DNA of 59,419 nt, the filler included, from Platydemus manokwari (lineage: Eukaryota), in assembly GCA_037951405.1 (NCBI GenBank). It is 5 parts of 5 records of this genome, joined end to end, with 100 filler letters (N's around TTAATTAATTAA, not from the genome) between each part and the next. Parts side by side here need not be neighbours in the genome. Positions count along the whole stretch, not along the records: positions 50,297 to 59,419 come from JBBMOY011295873.1; 4 more parts are not named here. One strand, written 5' to 3'. Positions 54,256-59,419 of this stretch are shown one piece after another. Under the pieces are notes generated by a model. The model saw only the letters and a program-made list of their open reading frames with translations. It had not been told where the DNA came from and made no database searches. The translations under genes were made by a program, and so were the position numbers. Position 1 is the first letter of the stretch. Every line of letters begins with the position of its first letter.

Positions 54256-55013
54256 CCAACTAATTGATTGGTGAATATTAGTTTTCAAATAGAAAATGTT
54301 TTAATTTCTCATTGATTTATATATATGATGTGTATTGTATTGTGTTTTGATTGTGTTTTCTTTGATTGATTTTCATTATTTAATGTTATCCTCGATTATT
54401 TGAACAAATTCAATTATTAATGCTCACCATTCAATAAACCCTCAAAACGACCAGCTCGATGAAATATTTTTAAAAATCACGAATTTACCAGTTAATTGAT
54501 ATTAAAAATTGTTGACAAATAGTTAGAGCTAGTAATTGCATGTCTTGACAACTTTGTATTGCTTATTAAGGGAGCATCTTTTATCAATTATTTCTTTACT
54601 AGTACAGTCATGTACGTTTTGTTGGTGTATAAATAGAAACAAATTATCTGTTTTTGATGAGATGATCAACACTGGCAACCACCATATTAACTTCTGTCGC
54701 CTGGGAATACCATTACAGTTGCTTCGTACCAAAAGCATTAAAGGAAGTACTGAAATAAAAAAGAAAGATCCATGCTATATTGTCGAATTAAAGTAGTTCA
54801 GCCATATGATTTTCAAAATTACTCAGCCATTTGTTGTACGTTAAAAAAAATTAAAAATTTTACTTATTATTTTTGGAAATTGCTCCATCGGTTCAAATTT
54901 TGAAAAGTAAACTCCAGTTTTAAATGAAATAGTTGGTATGGAACTTCTTCATCACTTACTTCAAATGAGGAAATTAAAATCTTTCACCTGATTCTTTACT
55001 CTGAATGTCGTTT

Positions 55014-55448
55014 TGTCATCAAATAAGTAGTTCAGTAGCACGTATCAAAAGAGTATAGCGTGTTTCTTACAAAAATCGTGATGATGGATTATACACTTAA
55101 CAAACATAATTTGATTCGTTTCTGTGATTGGTTCAATTTTGCATATAATTACATATATGCAACATTATTTATTATCCTACCATTTGAATTTTGATGTAAT
55201 GTTGGGTTATAAAAGAATCGAAGGCCTTCTACTGGCAGTTGGACATCTTTACATTGGTATTTGTACTTTATTTGTGTTTAATTTTTGTATCACGTTTTGA
55301 TTTGATATTTTATTGATTTTGTATACTGGGGATTGACTAATATCTATGTGTGCGTGTTACCGTGTGATTATGTCCATTTTGCAAATTATAATTTTCCATA
55401 AGTTAGCTGTGATTGATTGGTTCCTATGCCAGTACGGTTCTGTTGACA
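55014..55448 (+). mobile_element. Candidate solo LTR
   Basis: TGTCATCA...TGTTGACA termini and an internal TATAAAAG followed by a T-rich tract. No clear target-site duplication. Confidence 0.35.
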
Positions 55449-56707
55449 TGCAAATGCTAAAATAGTTGTAAAATTTCTTCTTTAATCAAAGGTAATTATC
55501 CTCTATTATTGCAGTATCATAATTCTTGTGCAGATGAAGTTTATAGTAAAATAATATGACTTACAATCTCGTTAGAATGCGAAAGTTATGATAAACGAGT
55601 AGTATTCTGGTGATCGAGACAAACTTAGTAGTAAAAGTAAAATTATCGAGTCATATATTACACATTGTACGCACTATAACAAATATTATTTTTACTCCAT
55701 ATTGTTAAGTTTAGAACTACTCTTACTTAACGGCTCGGTTCTAATAACTTAATTTGACTTCTATTCAAATTCTGGTTCACACTGAATAAAAACAAACAAC
55801 AATATACCTATTATAATTATATAAAATTATATATAATTATTTTCCTAAAAATCAATATTTTCAAAATAAAAATTAATTTGGTTCGTATTGTCACTGTTTA
55901 AGTGTGGTATATCAACCTAATTATACATAAAAACTCTCATGATATTGATGGAATTTGATGTCTCTTTATTTATGCTGCGAGGACTGAGATATAGATGAAT
56001 TAATTCTAACAATACCTGACTCAGTGTCTCCTAAGTGTGGGTTGCGTGTTACTTTTGAATGTAAATAATAGCATGAAAAGACAATGAAAAATCTTGATTT
56101 TATAATCAACAAATACACTAACAATCAGATGACAGTAATATCGACTGTGTCTGAAACTAATGCCACTCAACTTTGAAAGAAAAAGAAGGTCTAATGGTGA
56201 GTAAGTTAGAAAGATGTCAAATGTTTCTTGAAAACTTTGACTGGTTAGTAAATTATTAATAATTCCTTTACTTTAAAAATTTAAAATTTACTCATGGTAT
56301 CTTGTGGATTCGAAGAGTCACTGATTGTCTTAGCGGTAACCTATTTTATCATTTACTTTTTGTGCAATTTATTATGATTTGTGGCTGGTTTTATAATACT
56401 TTATAATATAAATGTATTTATCTTTTTCATTTTCTATTTCATATTGCCTTGGCAACATGCAGGTTGCTATGGTGTCCTTGATTATTTATTTGGGCTTAAG
56501 TTAAGAAAAAGGGTCCTTTGACCCAATTTTAATGTAATAATTTATTTATAATCATATTTTAATAAAATTTTTACATGAAATTCAATTTTAAATTAAAAAA
56601 GAATAAAGAACTCCATCAATCCGTATATACTATTGATCATAGTTTCACAAACCCTTAATTAAATAAAAATATCGTTATTAAATAAAATATTCTATTTAAT
56701 TTGTATT

Positions 56708-57338
56708 TATTGCTTCTATATTCGATGCGCTCCGGTTGCGAGCTAGAAATAAGAAACTATATCTCTCCAGTATTTCCACAAATCAAATACCAGGTCTTCG
56801 ACGTCCGCTATTATATCTGACGTCTCCAAAATAAACCTCATCAATTTCTACGACGCTTTTTATTCATTTGTGTGGAATCTACAAAATTTGTACCTTAATA
56901 AATAATTTAATAAATATTTTAATAAAAGCTGTCAACTTTTGCTAATTGTTGACTTGCTTATAGAAGTCATTTTCTTAATATACTTCTTGTGTGAGCTCCG
57001 TGCACCACAGTTACCTTATTCAGATTATCGAAAAAAGAACAAGGCCGAATTGTTGAACCAATTCCTTAATCGAATTCCTAAACTTCTTATATATTTGTGG
57101 CATCTCCATCTGTACGATATATTTGATTTGAATGAAATCTTCATTTCATTACAGTATCGACAGGTTATGGATCTATGTATCCAACCTATTAAATAAATAT
57201 TAATATACCTATTTTAAGATAAAACACAGATACCTAGTATCTGGAACTTCTCAATGATTTCCAAATCACTTTCTATAAAACAACTCAAAAAATCTTAGAT
57301 ATCATTCCATTTGCTTCCAATGTTAATAAGGGTCTTCG
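56708..57338 (-). mobile_element. Decayed Merlin (IS1595/ISXO2-like) transposase with apparent spliceosomal introns
   Basis: IIEKFQIL-G-WIHRSITCRYC...YRWRC..SLGIRLRNWFNNSAL...YKFCR...VVEIDEVYFGDVRYNSGRRRPGI*FVEILER..RNRSASNIEAI. This matches the zinc ribbon and VEIDE..FG..KYNRGR signature of the family. Confidence 0.8.
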
Positions 57339-57843
57339 CTAACTATTAATTAACTGCATTTTGACCTACTTTGACCCGTTTTTAAAATAATTAATATTTA
57401 GTAGATTTGAAAAATCCTACGTATATAATATTTGATTATAAACAGCTAAAATTTCTCTCAAGTACAAAACATTCAAAATGTTTTTAAAACATTTAATTAA
57501 ATAAACTACTTAGATTTTGGCAAAGCACTCCACAAATTAAAAATTTTAATTCACGACCCTTTTTTAAACATTAGTCTAAAATTTGTTCATCTCATTAATT
57601 TGATGTTTCTGTTATGATCAAATTTAATACAAATGAACTATTCACATTATAATAGAAAAAATTGAATGGATTTATTTCTTCAAAATAAGTTAAACAAAAA
57701 CCAGTAAAGCTATTTTATTTGTTATTTAAGTTACTGAAATATCACTAAAATAATGAATTATAAAATATCTAATTTCATAAAACAAAATTAAGATTATTTT
57801 TTAATTTAATTATATGATTATCATTTCAATTCCATATCAATTA

Positions 57844-59181
<1,338 letters not shown>

Positions 59182-59419
59182 CTTTTGTAAATAAAATTAA
59201 AATTAAATTAATATTATCACATGTTTATAATATCATTGCAAGAAATAAATTATTTTCCAAAAAAATAATTAAATATAGATAAATAAATTTATTATTTAAT
59301 AAGGTTTGTTTAAAATTTTTTAAATGAATAATGTAAGGGTTATTATAATATATCAAAAATATTATTATTATTAACATTATTATTGTTATTGTTAGTATTA
59401 CTATTATTATTATTATTAT

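Noticed and set aside
2245-57338. TGA/TAG at expected Trp positions suggesting a variant genetic code or readthrough
   Set aside because: Seen only in frameshifted transposon or pseudogene relics. Intact genes use TGG for Trp and end in TGA, TAA or TAG.

Overview
AT-rich eukaryotic animal DNA with many 43-60 nt GT-AG introns. Composition, intron size and gene content suggest a planarian-type flatworm (inference). The window is not one continuous locus. Four 100-nt spacers (44N-TTAATTAATTAA-44N) join five pieces: 1-15769, 15870-26133, 26234-36994, 37095-50196 (with a 142-N gap) and 50297-59419. Splicing by hand gives several genes the ORF track misses or fragments: a divergent 9-exon FERM-domain gene; a secreted PAN/apple + chitin-binding (CBM14) gene; a secreted C-type lectin + PAN/apple gene with two decayed tandem copies; a complete 9-exon four-zinc-finger muscleblind-like gene; the 5' part of beta-spectrin; a complete 10-exon MIC60/mitofilin; and three exons of a malic enzyme whose 3' exons I could not find. 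The rest is transposon debris: Gypsy pol, a solo LTR, pogo and mariner ends, an intron-containing Merlin transposase, and repeated fragments of an unidentified coding element. The most interesting signals are the PAN-fused carbohydrate-binding gene cluster with a retained upstream palindrome, and a dense YGCY (MBNL-site) cluster in front of the muscleblind gene's own start codon.
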